Below, in pieces: positions 9,301 to 19,004 of a stretch of DNA of 64,000 nucleotides (within the stretch, counting starts at the first letter, position 1; each line of letters starts with the position of its first letter). Both the position numbers and the translations under genes were made by a program. Origin of the DNA: an uncultured Treponema sp. (GTDB lineage: Bacteria > Spirochaetota > Spirochaetia > Treponematales > Treponemataceae). The notes under the pieces were generated by a model. The model worked only from the letters and a program-made list of their open reading frames with translations. It did no database searches and had not been told where the DNA came from. Location of the stretch: NCBI GenBank assembly GCA_900319625.1, contig ONPD01000002.1, positions 196,367 to 260,366 of the forward strand, written 5' to 3'.

Positions 9301-10540
9301 ACTGAACGTTTGCAAGAACCTCGGCGTATTTCTGATTGAATTTTGCATTGTCGGCTTCAAGCTTTTCCTGAAGCTTTGCAAAAATACTGTCATCCTTTGA
9401 GGTAACACTTTCCAGAAGCTTTGTGTATTTGTCCTGAAGCTGCTGAATTTTTCCCTGGAAAGTATTTGTGAGGGTTGTGAGGTTTGTATTGAATTTTTCG
9501 TTGATTGAAGTGAGGTTTGTCTTTACCTGACCAAGGAGCTTTGCCTCATCTTCCTTGTATTTCTGACTTGCGGCAGCTGATTTTTCATCAAAGCTTGTAG
9601 TAAGCTCTGATGATTTTGTATTCAAAAGCTGTGTCAGGTCTGCGAACTGTTTGAGGATATTGTCCTGGGCAAGCTTTGTCTGGTTTTCAAGGCTGGTTTG
9701 AATGTCGCCAGTCTGAGTGTTGATATTTGAACTCAAAGAAGAAACCTGAGTTGTGAGGTCTGCTTCCAGCTCGCTCATGCGGTTCTGCATTTCCTTGAGG
9801 TATTCTTCTGCTCTGTCCTGGGCCTGAGACTTGAGGTTTGCAAAGGCTGTGTCTTCAAGATTCTTAGCGCGGGCAACTGCATCGTCGTAAGCATTCTGAA
9901 TGTTGTTCTTAAGGTCGCCAAGCAGCTGTTCTGCCTGCTCTCTTGTAACCTTGATGTCCTGACCAAGGCTTGCAGCCTGTGCCTTGTACTGGTCGAGCAG
10001 GGTAGTTCCGATTGCCTTAAGCTGGTCTGCATTGATTTTTGAAAAGCTTTCAGAAAGTTCAGGGATTTTGCGCTCAATTCCGCCTACAATCTGATCCTGT
10101 TTGTTCAGACGGTCAGAGATTTTATCTACAATAACGCTTTCCTTCTGAATGCGGAGGAGGTTTTCTTCAACCTTGCCGGTCATATCATTCAAATCGTTCA
10201 AAAGGCGGGAATAATTGTCGATTTCTGCTTCGATTTTTTTAACGGCATTGATACTGGCTTCAAAGGTTTTTATTTTTCCTGCGAATTCCTCGTTCTGAGC
10301 CTTAAGCATTTTGAGGGCTACGCTGGCCTGAGAGTGGTGTGAATTGAATTCCGAAATCAAAAGTTTGAATTTATCTTCAATCTGGCGGTAAATGTTTTCC
10401 AGATCTCCGGTTCTTTTATCTGCGTATTTACGCACCTTATCCCAGGAGTTGTTATCCTTGATAAGCTTATAAACATAAATTGAAATTCCAAGTGAAATAG
10501 TCACAGAAAGAAGAGCTGCGATTGCGATTTCCATACCCAT
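6368..10540 (-). CDS. Large membrane-anchored coiled-coil protein (SpiroCoCo-like)
   Basis: N-terminal TM, about 1300 aa of heptad-rich K/E/Q sequence, C-terminal HTH-like GWGIAEIAKRVNLTENEVDLIL. Confidence 0.8.
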   Translation of the reverse strand: MGMEIAIAALLSVTISLGISIYVYKLIKDNNSWDKVRKYADKRTGDLENIYRQIEDKFKLLISEFNSHHSQASVALKMLKAQNEEFAGKIKTFEASINAVKKIEAEIDNYSRLLNDLNDMTGKVEENLLRIQKESVIVDKISDRLNKQDQIVGGIERKIPELSESFSKINADQLKAIGTTLLDQYKAQAASLGQDIKVTREQAEQLLGDLKNNIQNAYDDAVARAKNLEDTAFANLKSQAQDRAEEYLKEMQNRMSELEADLTTQVSSLSSNINTQTGDIQTSLENQTKLAQDNILKQFADLTQLLNTKSSELTTSFDEKSAAASQKYKEDEAKLLGQVKTNLTSINEKFNTNLTTLTNTFQGKIQQLQDKYTKLLESVTSKDDSIFAKLQEKLEADNAKFNQKYAEVLANVQSKNENDFTALTGRFKADYEKLVNEYSNTFDRVTAVNTKKISEFNQNFEEEHAKLLEKFNSLLSNFEATHTQKIAEIAQEDLHQIEVYSAKSDEKMQEATSQWTSKLSTFESEFNTRLGELGDIQQKYQAEINSIRDELDSKIKECTDRTAQFKDEVYDLQHSLNQTLDTVSQQTTDSIEKAESSLREIKRQCDEAASRTENLQPEIEGKIKKVYDSIEGLENETRDRLNDLSQKVSDSIRKALEQNEEKHMNILEQADEQLVAYKKDIDYKLSKIQFSQGDIDSLEKSLKSAMEEVQAKVMRDFENFTVLQKEKHDSFAKTIQDDSDAVEAKLSEINRNLDDLKETANGKMSIKLQEFEDAFNKNLSSKNDQIDSEIADWKHDFDTKLTNLTNTYEDSRKALENQYLDNLKTEISAIQERTSSQYEKLNASIDSTKEKTQSAITEIQRQIAAFKNEASSTISSITQNTQNDYKREIERSVSEIHAALEKTQSELIKDLKTFEETVQSRQQTGSSSIDAALSEFNTWKQQIRSQFDESSAVYEEEIKNFQTQTKDKIENLGQSLMQNIKTYDESAKQQHEALKAQIEALQDKTEKSVTEYESQSAQIIKQMSQMYEDMLTTTEAKVKAQNEDASSKIETLKQEIQNAAEANRSNQSKMVMKMQEDANNLQMTFSEIAKEVQKVRANFQDFEKAEQMKKQLEEGIETLKRDFSKLEDFENSADQFNSQYNAIVKMNDDLANQIAIFESQKSKIDNLSQAFTNVSQMADAVDNHVHALNNTKDELQTMEVTVRNYNEKLQNLTEQYEKLDRKDEVLTRIVKDVDTSFSRLKEIEDRLRDANRQIVSLPNEIKEVQSNVDRLLQNGPRITNAVGQLEKLDDLVSKTNEQIEAIKSTKGGLDKAVMNINTINREMDSKFNTLRQITEDQIKKEPVKSSGGIAPAKKDTVRALKRQGWGIAEIAKRVNLTENEVDLILQMPDL

Positions 10541-10570
10541 TTTTAATCCCCACCCACAATTTTAATTGAG

Positions 10571-11272
10571 TTATTTTTTTGTTTCTTTATTTCCCAGCAA
10601 TATTTGCCTCAACTGGCTGTACTTCCAGAATGTTATGTCGGCAATTTTGGATTTGATTCCAATAATTCCCTTCTCTGGTTGAACAAGCCAGGCTGCCTTC
10701 ATACCGGCATTTTTTGAGCCGACAACGTCGTATTTGTGACTGTTGCCCACGTAAAGGATTTCTTCTGCCGGAAGGTTCAGAAGTTCTGCCATTTTTTTGA
10801 AAGGCTCTGCAGACGGTTTTAAGGCCCCTGTTTCTTCTGTGCCAAGAACCACGTCACACAATTCCTTTACGCCCCAGATGTCTCCCTTCTGCTCCGGAGG
10901 AAAATCCGAAAGCAGGGCAATTTTGAAGCCTGCTTTCTTGAGGTCTTTTATAAGTTCAACGGCCCCTTTATAAGGCTTGATTTTATAAAAATATGACGAA
11001 AGACCGGCATAAACTATTCTTGTAAGCAGGAGCTCTGCTTCTGCCGGAGAACAATGAAGTCTTTCAGCCATCATCTGAGTCTGTGTAGTTTTAAAATCAT
11101 CTTTAAGCGGAATCTTGCGTATTTTTGCGCGGACAATACCGTACTTCAAAAAGAACTGGTTATAGCGCAGAAAGTGAAAGAGAATCCTTATGTTCAGTTT
11201 CCATGTGCGGTAAAGTGTGCCGTCAATATCAAAAGCAACAGCCTTTATTTCGCCTAATTTATCAATATGCAC
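10571..11272 (-). CDS. HAD-family hydrolase
   Basis: FDIDGTL, LKPS and YVGNSHKYD motifs; GTG start 6 nt after TATAAT. Confidence 0.85.
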   Translation of the reverse strand: MHIDKLGEIKAVAFDIDGTLYRTWKLNIRILFHFLRYNQFFLKYGIVRAKIRKIPLKDDFKTTQTQMMAERLHCSPAEAELLLTRIVYAGLSSYFYKIKPYKGAVELIKDLKKAGFKIALLSDFPPEQKGDIWGVKELCDVVLGTEETGALKPSAEPFKKMAELLNLPAEEILYVGNSHKYDVVGSKNAGMKAAWLVQPEKGIIGIKSKIADITFWKYSQLRQILLGNKETKK

Positions 11273-11402
11273 AAAATAATTATACACCAATTTTCCAAAA
11301 CGGTATATAGAAAAAAACAGTAAAAAAAATCAGTAAAATAAGTTTGACCCCGTAAAAATTCAGTTATAAAATATTGTTACATTTAGGCGGATGGAGGTTG
11401 TT

Positions 11403-12998
11403 TTGAAAAAATCTTTTTGCTTTATTTTTATACTTCTGGCTCTTTTTCTGGACATCTCCTGTTCAATGTCTTCTTCTGGAGGAGGCGATGCTAAAACTGA
11501 TCTGGACTGGCTCTGTCTTTTTTATATGGATGCTGATGATGAGGTTCTGAATGACAGTATTTACAGAAACATGTGTGAGCTTGAGTCCGTTCTTGCCTAT
11601 ATGCAGAATGATGACGGGAGTCCTAAAGAGGAATATCCGAGTGTAAAATTTATTGTTTTATGGGATGGCTCAAATAAACAAAGTCCGCAGATTAAATATT
11701 CCTGGCCTGACGGGGCTTTGTATGAGCTTGGACCTGAACCTGCTTATACATATAACCCAGACGACAATTCAATTTATATTGATAACGACAGGTTTTATAT
11801 AGGCAGAAAAACAAAGGATTTAACGTCAACTGTGTCGGACTGGCTTCCCCAGGAGCCTGATATGGCTTCTGAGGAATTGCTTACAAACTTCCTCAAATGG
11901 AGTAAAAAAACTTATTCTGCAAAGAATACCATTCTGGTTTTCTCTGATCACGGTTCCGGAACTTATAAGGAAACTTATACAGATACCACAAAATGGCCGG
12001 TAAAACAGTCTTTGTGTATAGACGGGTCAAATACAGGAAGCAGGGCTGGAGCAGAATTATCCTGTAAAAATATTACAAATGCCCTTACTGCTGCAGGTTA
12101 TACCGGCTCTTCAAAAATTAATCTGCTGGTTTTTGACGTATGCTTTCAGGCAGGCTGTGAAATAGTAAACTGTCTTTCGGGCTATGCAGACTATTTACTT
12201 GCTTCTCCCAACCTTGGATATTCCCATTTTTTCTTTTTGCCTTTCAAAAATCTGAAAGCTTCTTACACAGCGAGGGAGCTGGGAAAAAACTTTGTAAGTG
12301 AGTATTATACGATTTATGCTTCATCAGCGCCTGCTTGTCCTGTAAATGAAGACTCTGCTCACCGTGCAAGCGGTTATTCTTTGTACACGCAGACTTTATT
12401 CAGTCTGGATCCTGCAAAAGTTTCTGCCATGCGCTCTGCAGTAGATGATCTTGCAAGCAAAATTAATGCTCTGGATGATACGACAAAAAAATATCTGTTC
12501 ACAGAGTATTTACAGCAGGATTACGAGCTTTATACCGCCTGCAAGGGAATTGCTTATCAGGGTTCTAATGATTTTTTAAATGACGCCGGCTTTTTTGTAA
12601 AGAATATTCTTGCTGATTCTTCCCTGCAAAGTCATACTGAGCTGATTAATTCTGCCCTCAAGCTTAAGGAAATCCTGAAGCATGGTGATGATAATCTGAT
12701 TGTCTATGCTTATGCCGGAAAGAAGGGTACTGGTGAGCATGTCGGTGGTAAATGGGATAGTCAGACTAGCGGCCAGTGGTATCTGACTGGTGCCAGGGAT
12801 TTTATTTCTGGAAACACTGTTCCTGTAGAAAATACTGATGATATTTTTGGAATTACAATCGTAACTCAGGATCTCTGGGATTCAATCGATATTGTAGAAA
12901 ATTACATGGAATATACCGGCTTTTCTTCAGAATGGGAGAAGCTTATAAAGTATTGGGATGCAGAGATAAAGCCTAAGTTTAAGCCTTTACCCGGGTAA
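11403..12998 (+). CDS. Clostripain-related (C11) cysteine peptidase, probable lipoprotein
   Basis: YMDAD, SDHGSG (His) and FDVCFQ (Cys) motifs; lipobox-like DISC; GGAGG before TTG 11403. Confidence 0.8.
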   Translation: MKKSFCFIFILLALFLDISCSMSSSGGGDAKTDLDWLCLFYMDADDEVLNDSIYRNMCELESVLAYMQNDDGSPKEEYPSVKFIVLWDGSNKQSPQIKYSWPDGALYELGPEPAYTYNPDDNSIYIDNDRFYIGRKTKDLTSTVSDWLPQEPDMASEELLTNFLKWSKKTYSAKNTILVFSDHGSGTYKETYTDTTKWPVKQSLCIDGSNTGSRAGAELSCKNITNALTAAGYTGSSKINLLVFDVCFQAGCEIVNCLSGYADYLLASPNLGYSHFFFLPFKNLKASYTARELGKNFVSEYYTIYASSAPACPVNEDSAHRASGYSLYTQTLFSLDPAKVSAMRSAVDDLASKINALDDTTKKYLFTEYLQQDYELYTACKGIAYQGSNDFLNDAGFFVKNILADSSLQSHTELINSALKLKEILKHGDDNLIVYAYAGKKGTGEHVGGKWDSQTSGQWYLTGARDFISGNTVPVENTDDIFGITIVTQDLWDSIDIVENYMEYTGFSSEWEKLIKYWDAEIKPKFKPLPG

Positions 12999-13917
12999 GC
13001 TTCTGCCCGGTTTTTTGGGCGAAATCTTCCAGCCAGTTTTTGATGGAATCCTGCCAGCTTTCGTTGAAGCTGTTTTCAAGAAGGTTCCGCTCGTAAAGGC
13101 TTGTAAAGTAGTCTAAAATTTCTTCCCGGGTTGCAGAGTCAATTTCCCCGCTCTTCTTAAAAAGCTCTTCAATAAAGAAAACTGCGTCCTCGGCAGAGAA
13201 AAAATCATCTCCGAAAACCGCTGTAATCATGTAAAGGGCGGTCGGAATGCAGTTTACGCTGTGCTGCTTTACAAAAAGCACACTTTCTATGATTGCGATT
13301 GCCTGAGCCTTAATCTCTGACAGGCGGCGGTCTGCTTCTTCCTCAGAAAAAAGGCCTGCGGCAACTCCTTTTTCAAAAAATCCCTTGTACCAGGCGTAGG
13401 TTACCGCGCAGATAGAAACGTGAAGGCTTGGAACGCAGAGAAGGTGAGGGTCTGCGGCGTGAATTGCCTTAAAGGCGGCATCTTCCATGTAGTGTGGTCT
13501 GTCTGTTGTCGTCATGGAAAAGCGGTAAATGGAGGAAGCGCTTTTGTAGGTTTTTGTAAGGGCCCGGAGATTCTGGCGGATATAGGGGGCTGCCTTTTTG
13601 TAGCCCAGGCGCTTAATCATCATGTCAAAGGGTTTTACAAAAAAGGGAATAAAGCCCAGATAGGTGTTTACCTTGGACGGTTCAAAGGGAATCTTGTTGT
13701 CTAAGTCTGTCTGCACATTGATAACCGGCCGGTGGGTCAGATGCAGAACCTGCCTCTGCTGCAAAAAGAAAAAATTGTGGGTTACAGAAAAAATAAAATG
13801 CCAGGCCGGGAAAAAGGTTCTTGCCCGTCCCAGAAGATTAAAATAGGGACTTACAGCAGAAAATTTCCAGGTGCTGATGTCAGAATATTTTAAGTTGCGT
13901 TTTTCCTGTGCCGTCAT
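12979..13917 (-). CDS. Hypothetical protein with PAP2/IPC-synthase-like motifs
   Basis: 312-aa ORF co-oriented with NFACT; VPSLHV and KQHS motifs. Confidence 0.6.
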   Translation of the reverse strand: MTAQEKRNLKYSDISTWKFSAVSPYFNLLGRARTFFPAWHFIFSVTHNFFFLQQRQVLHLTHRPVINVQTDLDNKIPFEPSKVNTYLGFIPFFVKPFDMMIKRLGYKKAAPYIRQNLRALTKTYKSASSIYRFSMTTTDRPHYMEDAAFKAIHAADPHLLCVPSLHVSICAVTYAWYKGFFEKGVAAGLFSEEEADRRLSEIKAQAIAIIESVLFVKQHSVNCIPTALYMITAVFGDDFFSAEDAVFFIEELFKKSGEIDSATREEILDYFTSLYERNLLENSFNESWQDSIKNWLEDFAQKTGQKLTRVKA

Positions 13918-13946
13918 TTTTTTTGCTTCCCCCTCTAAGCCAAAAT

Positions 13947-15368
13947 TTATAACTGCGCTTCTTCATGCAAAAAGTCCAGACGGCTTAAACGAGCCTTGTC
14001 CGGCGTAATGCAAAGATTTTTTTCCTGGGTCGGAAGAACAAGGCCTTTTGGTCCGTTCTTTGCCCTGCGAAGATATTTTACATGAGTATAATATAAATCA
14101 ACTTTTGTATTATTTCGAGCCTTTGAATAGTAAACCGCAAGATTTCCCGCATCCAGAAGAATGTCCAGAGGCACAGTTTTGTTTTTCTGAGCCTTGATAA
14201 AAACATAGCCGCCCGCAAAATCCCGCACGTGCAGCCATAAATCTTCGCCCCTCACGTGATGGCGCAAAAGCTCGTCGTTTTCATTTGCGTCGCGGCCAAC
14301 ATAAATCAGCCAGCCGTTTACGGTGTATTCAAGGCCCGGGTGAGTTTTTTTCTGCTTCTGAACCGGCGTAGAATCGCGGCGCAGCATCTGTTCAATTTTT
14401 ACAGGATTTTTTTCTGCCTTAATGTCCGCATACTGTTTTTCAAGCTTTTCCAGCTGAAGCCGTGCAATCTGAATGTCGTGTTCCAGCTCTTCAGCCCCGC
14501 TCACAGCCTTTTTGTAATTTTTATAGTATTCTGCCGCATTTTCCTGGCCGGATTTTTTAGGGTCAATCAAAAGACGAACTCTTTTTCCGCTTTCGTAGTC
14601 CTCACATTCAAGGTATTTTGATTTTCCGTCAATCAGGTGGGCGTGTGTCATAATCAGATCGCCCTGGTGCTTGAGCTGAGGCGCGTTCTTAAAATCCTCC
14701 TGCTTGGTCAAAAGGTTATTAAGGGCATTTTCCCGCTTAGACTTTACGCCTTCGTACCATTTTTCGGCCTTTTCCAGAAGTGACTCGCGGCTAAGGTTGT
14801 CCGCATGCTCGGAGTACCAGTAGTCGATATAAGAATTGAAAGATTCCCCTTCCCACTCTCTTATCGGGAATCTTTCTTCTGCCTCTTTCAGCTTTTCTTC
14901 AATTACGGCAGGGGGAATAAAGGTTTCTCCCTTCATCTCATAACGTTCAGGGCGGCGGAACATGGAATCTAAAACAAAATCATTTTCGTCACACAAAATT
15001 ACGTTGGCCGCGTTATTCCAGAGGCGGATGTACATATTAAAACGCTCATCATCCGAATGAGAAAGCTCCATTTTAATAACGCGTTCAAGACCAATCTGGG
15101 CACAGGTATTTATGCGGCATCCCTTAATTTTTGACTTAAGGAATTCCATAAAGCGCAGGGGCTTGGGATTTTTTGTAATTTTGCGCCTTGTTTCATTTAT
15201 TCGCACCGAATTCTGAGCCGTACAAATCAGAACAGTTTTTGCAGTCCCTTCCTTGTAGGTATAAAAGGCCAGGGTGTCATAACCCGGCTGGATTATGTCC
15301 TGAATAAAAGCCCCCTGCAGATTGAGTTCGCTTAAAACAAGGTTGATTTCGTTACAGTTTAAAGACAC
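13947..15368 (-). CDS. NFACT-family (RqcH/FbpA-like) ribosome quality-control protein
   Basis: GLERVI, ENAAEYY, VGRDANENDEL, WLHVRD and KYLRRAK motifs; GTG start coupled to livF stop. Confidence 0.9.
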   Translation of the reverse strand: MSLNCNEINLVLSELNLQGAFIQDIIQPGYDTLAFYTYKEGTAKTVLICTAQNSVRINETRRKITKNPKPLRFMEFLKSKIKGCRINTCAQIGLERVIKMELSHSDDERFNMYIRLWNNAANVILCDENDFVLDSMFRRPERYEMKGETFIPPAVIEEKLKEAEERFPIREWEGESFNSYIDYWYSEHADNLSRESLLEKAEKWYEGVKSKRENALNNLLTKQEDFKNAPQLKHQGDLIMTHAHLIDGKSKYLECEDYESGKRVRLLIDPKKSGQENAAEYYKNYKKAVSGAEELEHDIQIARLQLEKLEKQYADIKAEKNPVKIEQMLRRDSTPVQKQKKTHPGLEYTVNGWLIYVGRDANENDELLRHHVRGEDLWLHVRDFAGGYVFIKAQKNKTVPLDILLDAGNLAVYYSKARNNTKVDLYYTHVKYLRRAKNGPKGLVLPTQEKNLCITPDKARLSRLDFLHEEAQL

Positions 15369-16078
15369 TACTTTTTCTTTCCTAAATATGCTTCGCGTAC
15401 TGTCGGATTTTCAAGAAGTTCTTTTCCGCTTCCCTGCAATACGATTTCGCCGGTTTCCAGAACGTAGGCGATGTCGGCAGTTTTAAGAGCCATGTTTGCG
15501 TTCTGTTCAACAAGAAGGATTGTAACACCCTTTTTGTTGATTTCCCGGATAATATCAAAAATCTGTTGAACTATAAGCGGTGCAAGACCAAGAGAAGGCT
15601 CGTCAAGCATCAAAACCTTTGGACGGCTCATAAGGGCACGACCCAGGGCCAGCATCTGCTGTTCACCGCCCGAAAGGGTTCCTGCAAACTGCCAGCTTCT
15701 TTCCTTCAGACGAGGGAAAAGCTCGTAAATCCATTCAAGGTCTTTCTGGATTGTTTCCTTGTCTTTACGAAGGTAGGCACCAATCATCAGGTTTTCAAGA
15801 ACAGTCAAATCAGAAAAGACATGGCGGCCTTCCGGAGAAAGGGCAATTCCTTCTGCGCAGATTTTATTAATAGGGCTCCAGATAAGCTCCTTGTTATCAA
15901 GTCTTATAGAACCTTCCTGAGGCTTTACAAGTCCGCTTATAGAACGAAGGAGGGTTGATTTTCCTGCTCCGTTTGCGCCAATCAGAGTAACGATTTTTCC
16001 GTCCGGAACTTCAAGATTGATTCCGCGAAGGGCCTTAATTCCGCCGTATGATACATATAAATCACTGATTTTAAGCAT
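15368..16078 (-). CDS. livF: Branched-chain amino acid ABC transporter ATPase
   Basis: GANGAGKS, LSGGEQQM, LDEPSLGLAP. Confidence 0.95.
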   Translation of the reverse strand: MLKISDLYVSYGGIKALRGINLEVPDGKIVTLIGANGAGKSTLLRSISGLVKPQEGSIRLDNKELIWSPINKICAEGIALSPEGRHVFSDLTVLENLMIGAYLRKDKETIQKDLEWIYELFPRLKERSWQFAGTLSGGEQQMLALGRALMSRPKVLMLDEPSLGLAPLIVQQIFDIIREINKKGVTILLVEQNANMALKTADIAYVLETGEIVLQGSGKELLENPTVREAYLGKKK

Positions 16079-16932
16079 TAGTTCACTCCCTCCTCGCTTT
16101 CACCAAGATAGGCCGAAATTACTTCCGGATTATTCTGAATTTCTTCAGGACTTCCCTGGGCAATCAGGGCACCAAAGTTCAAAACGTAAATGCGGTCAGA
16201 AATGTCCATTACAAGGTCCATGTGGTGTTCAATCATAAAGACTGTAAGGTGGAATTCATCCCGGATGCGGCGGATAAAGTCTGTAAGCTCTGCAGTTTCC
16301 TGAGGATTCATGCCGGCTGCCGGTTCATCAAGAAGAAGAAGGCTTGGATTTGTAGCAAGAGCCCGGGCAATTTCCAGGCGGCGCTGAAGTCCGTATGGAA
16401 GGGAAGTACAAAGCTCGTTGCGAACTTCATAAAGTCCCAGAATTTTCAAAAGCTCTTCTGTTTCTTCACGCTGCTTTTTTTCTTCTGCGTGATTAAGACG
16501 GAAGGTAGCCGTAAAAATATTGCTTGTCTTTCTCATGTGTTTTGCAATCAGAACGTTTGTAAAAACAGTCTGGCTCTTCCACAGACGGATGTTCTGGAAA
16601 GTACGCGCAATTCCAAGCTTTGTAATTACATCAGGAGTTGGTTCAAGGCGTTTTGTGTAGTCGCCTCTGTTTGTTCCGGCATAAAGCTTTTTCATCTTGC
16701 CGGCAGGGAAATTTTCTACGATTTCTTTTCCATTGAAGTAAACAGCACCGTTTGTAGGAGCATAAACGCCTGTTACAACGTTAAAGGCCGTTGTTTTTCC
16801 GGCTCCGTTAGGACCAATCAGCGAAACAATTTCGCCTTTATTTACATTCAAAGAAAGATTATTTACTGCCACAACGCCGCCAAACTGCATTGTGATGTTT
16901 TTCATTTCAAGAACTTTTTCTGCTTCAGGCAT
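16078..16932 (-). CDS. livG: Branched-chain amino acid ABC transporter ATPase
   Basis: GPNGAGKTT, ARTFQNIRL, LPYGLQRRLEIARAL, LDEPAAG. Confidence 0.95.
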   Translation of the reverse strand: MPEAEKVLEMKNITMQFGGVVAVNNLSLNVNKGEIVSLIGPNGAGKTTAFNVVTGVYAPTNGAVYFNGKEIVENFPAGKMKKLYAGTNRGDYTKRLEPTPDVITKLGIARTFQNIRLWKSQTVFTNVLIAKHMRKTSNIFTATFRLNHAEEKKQREETEELLKILGLYEVRNELCTSLPYGLQRRLEIARALATNPSLLLLDEPAAGMNPQETAELTDFIRRIRDEFHLTVFMIEHHMDLVMDISDRIYVLNFGALIAQGSPEEIQNNPEVISAYLGESEEGVN

Positions 16933-18032
16933 TATCGAACCTCCTTGAAGTCAGGATTTTTTCGGGCTTTCAGGGGCTTAAAGCTTTTTATGCGTTTTAT
17001 AATTCCCGCAAGCGAAAATTCGTGCTCGCCCATAATTCCCTTCTGGTAGAAAAGAACAATTAGCATGATTACAACCGAGAAAACAACCTTTCGGAAGCCC
17101 GGACGCAGAATCTGCAGGGAAGTAAAGTTGAGGTTTGCGTTATCAAGGAAGCGCAGCCACCATTCAGAACATGCGATAAAGAGGAAGGATGCAATGCAGC
17201 TTCCTGTAACGCTTCCGATACCGCCGATTACGACAATCAGAAGAATTTCGTAGGTCATTGCCGATTTGAACTGGCTGGCCTGAATTGTTGTCTGGAACAT
17301 GGCAAGAAGGGCTCCTGAAATTCCCGCAAAGAAGGAGCTTATTGTAAATGAAAGCTGCTTGTGTTTTGCCAGGTTGATTCCCATTGCCTCTGCCGCAACT
17401 TCATCATCGCGGATTGCCTTAAATGCGCGGCCGTAGGTTGAATTAATCAAAAGCATGATGATTGCAATACAGATTCCGCTTACCGCAAAGTAAAAAAGAG
17501 TTGAGCGAAAAACAGGATATTTTCTAAGAAGGTTTGAACCATTTGTAATTACGCCAAGCTTGTCCCACTGGAAAATAGCGCGGATGATTTCTGCAAAACC
17601 AAGGGTTGCGATTGCAAGGTAGTCAGACTTCAGGTGAAGAACAGGAAGTCCGATTAAATATGCAAAAAAGGCAGCAACCAGGCCCGCAAGAATCAGGGCC
17701 GCAAAAACAGGAATTGTAAACTGAATTGCGCCTCCGTCAAAATACTGGTAAACCTGGGCACGGGCCGAAACCGGGATTGTAAAAATTGCGTAGGTATAGG
17801 CGCCCAAAAGCATAAAGCCTGCCTGGCCAAGACTGAAAAGTCCTGTAAAGCCGTTAAGAAGGTTCATTGAAACGGCAACAAGGGCGTAGATTGCACCTTT
17901 TTTCAGTACGGTGAAGAGGATGTGGGTAGGAGGAACAACAGCTTCCAGAACCGCAACAAAGGCAAAAAGAAGGACAAGAAGTCCCCAGCTGATTATCTGA
18001 TATTTTTTATCTTTGAAACTAATTTTTTCCAT
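16932..18032 (-). CDS. livM: Branched-chain amino acid ABC transporter permease
   Basis: SLGQAGF, DYLAIATLGF, GRAFKAIRDDEVAA. Confidence 0.93.
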   Translation of the reverse strand: MEKISFKDKKYQIISWGLLVLLFAFVAVLEAVVPPTHILFTVLKKGAIYALVAVSMNLLNGFTGLFSLGQAGFMLLGAYTYAIFTIPVSARAQVYQYFDGGAIQFTIPVFAALILAGLVAAFFAYLIGLPVLHLKSDYLAIATLGFAEIIRAIFQWDKLGVITNGSNLLRKYPVFRSTLFYFAVSGICIAIIMLLINSTYGRAFKAIRDDEVAAEAMGINLAKHKQLSFTISSFFAGISGALLAMFQTTIQASQFKSAMTYEILLIVVIGGIGSVTGSCIASFLFIACSEWWLRFLDNANLNFTSLQILRPGFRKVVFSVVIMLIVLFYQKGIMGEHEFSLAGIIKRIKSFKPLKARKNPDFKEVR

Positions 18033-18050
18033 CTGATTTCTCCGGTTTGA

Positions 18051-18935
18051 TTAAACTTTGTCGGTAACTTTTTCACCGAAGATACCGGTCGGCATGAACA
18101 TAAGGACACAAATCAAAAGAACAAAAGTGAAGGCGTCGCTGAAGGTTGTAAGGCCTACACCCTTGATGATGTTTTCGCAGATACCGATTAAAAAGGCTCC
18201 GATTACAGCGCCCGGAATAGAACCGATTCCGCCGAATACTGCCGCAACAAAGGCCTTTAGACCAGGCATACCGCCGACTGTAGGGGTAACACCAGGATAG
18301 TTTGAGAAGAAAAGAATTGAACCGACTGCCGCAAGGAAGGAACCGATAATAAAGGTCATGGAAATTACCGAGTCGATTTTAATTCCCATAAGCTGGGCTG
18401 TTTCAAAATCCTTTGAAACGGCACGCATTGCCATTCCGATTTTTGTGTGATTAATCAGAAGAACAAGGGCTACAACCAGAAGAATTGTCAAAAATGGAGT
18501 GATGATTGTAACCCGCTTTGTGATGGCACCCGCAATTGTAATTGAATCGCTGATCCATGGGATTGTCGGATATTTTTTAAGAAGACCGCCGGTTACATAA
18601 AGGGCAAGGTTCTGCAAAAGATAGCTCATACCGATTGCAGAAATCATAATTGACATACGTGGTGCTGTTCGCAAAGGCTTGTAGGCAATGCGTTCAACTG
18701 CAAAACCAAGTAAAACTGTCAGAATGATTGTAAAAGGAATTGAAATCCAAAGCGGCATAACGCTGTATGAATAAATCATAATCAGACCCGCTGCCATAAA
18801 AACGTCACCGTGGGCAAAGTTTATAAGGCGGAGGATTCCGTAAACCATTGTGTAACCGATTGCTATGAGCGCGTACTGTCCGCCCGTAGAAATGCCGGCA
18901 AGAATATAAGGAAGGTTATTTTGTAAAAAATCCAT
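18051..18935 (-). CDS. livH: Branched-chain amino acid ABC transporter permease
   Basis: YALIAIGYTMVYGILRLINFAHG, KAFVAAVFGGIGS. Confidence 0.93.
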   Translation of the reverse strand: MDFLQNNLPYILAGISTGGQYALIAIGYTMVYGILRLINFAHGDVFMAAGLIMIYSYSVMPLWISIPFTIILTVLLGFAVERIAYKPLRTAPRMSIMISAIGMSYLLQNLALYVTGGLLKKYPTIPWISDSITIAGAITKRVTIITPFLTILLVVALVLLINHTKIGMAMRAVSKDFETAQLMGIKIDSVISMTFIIGSFLAAVGSILFFSNYPGVTPTVGGMPGLKAFVAAVFGGIGSIPGAVIGAFLIGICENIIKGVGLTTFSDAFTFVLLICVLMFMPTGIFGEKVTDKV

Positions 18936-19004
18936 CACTTTTTCCTATAATTTTAAAATATCTTTGTAATTATATAGAAAAATGATGATGAAAAAAAGGG
19001 GCAT

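Noticed and set aside
16222-17049. 275-aa plus-strand ORF
   Set aside because: Antisense shadow of livG; no motifs or start signals
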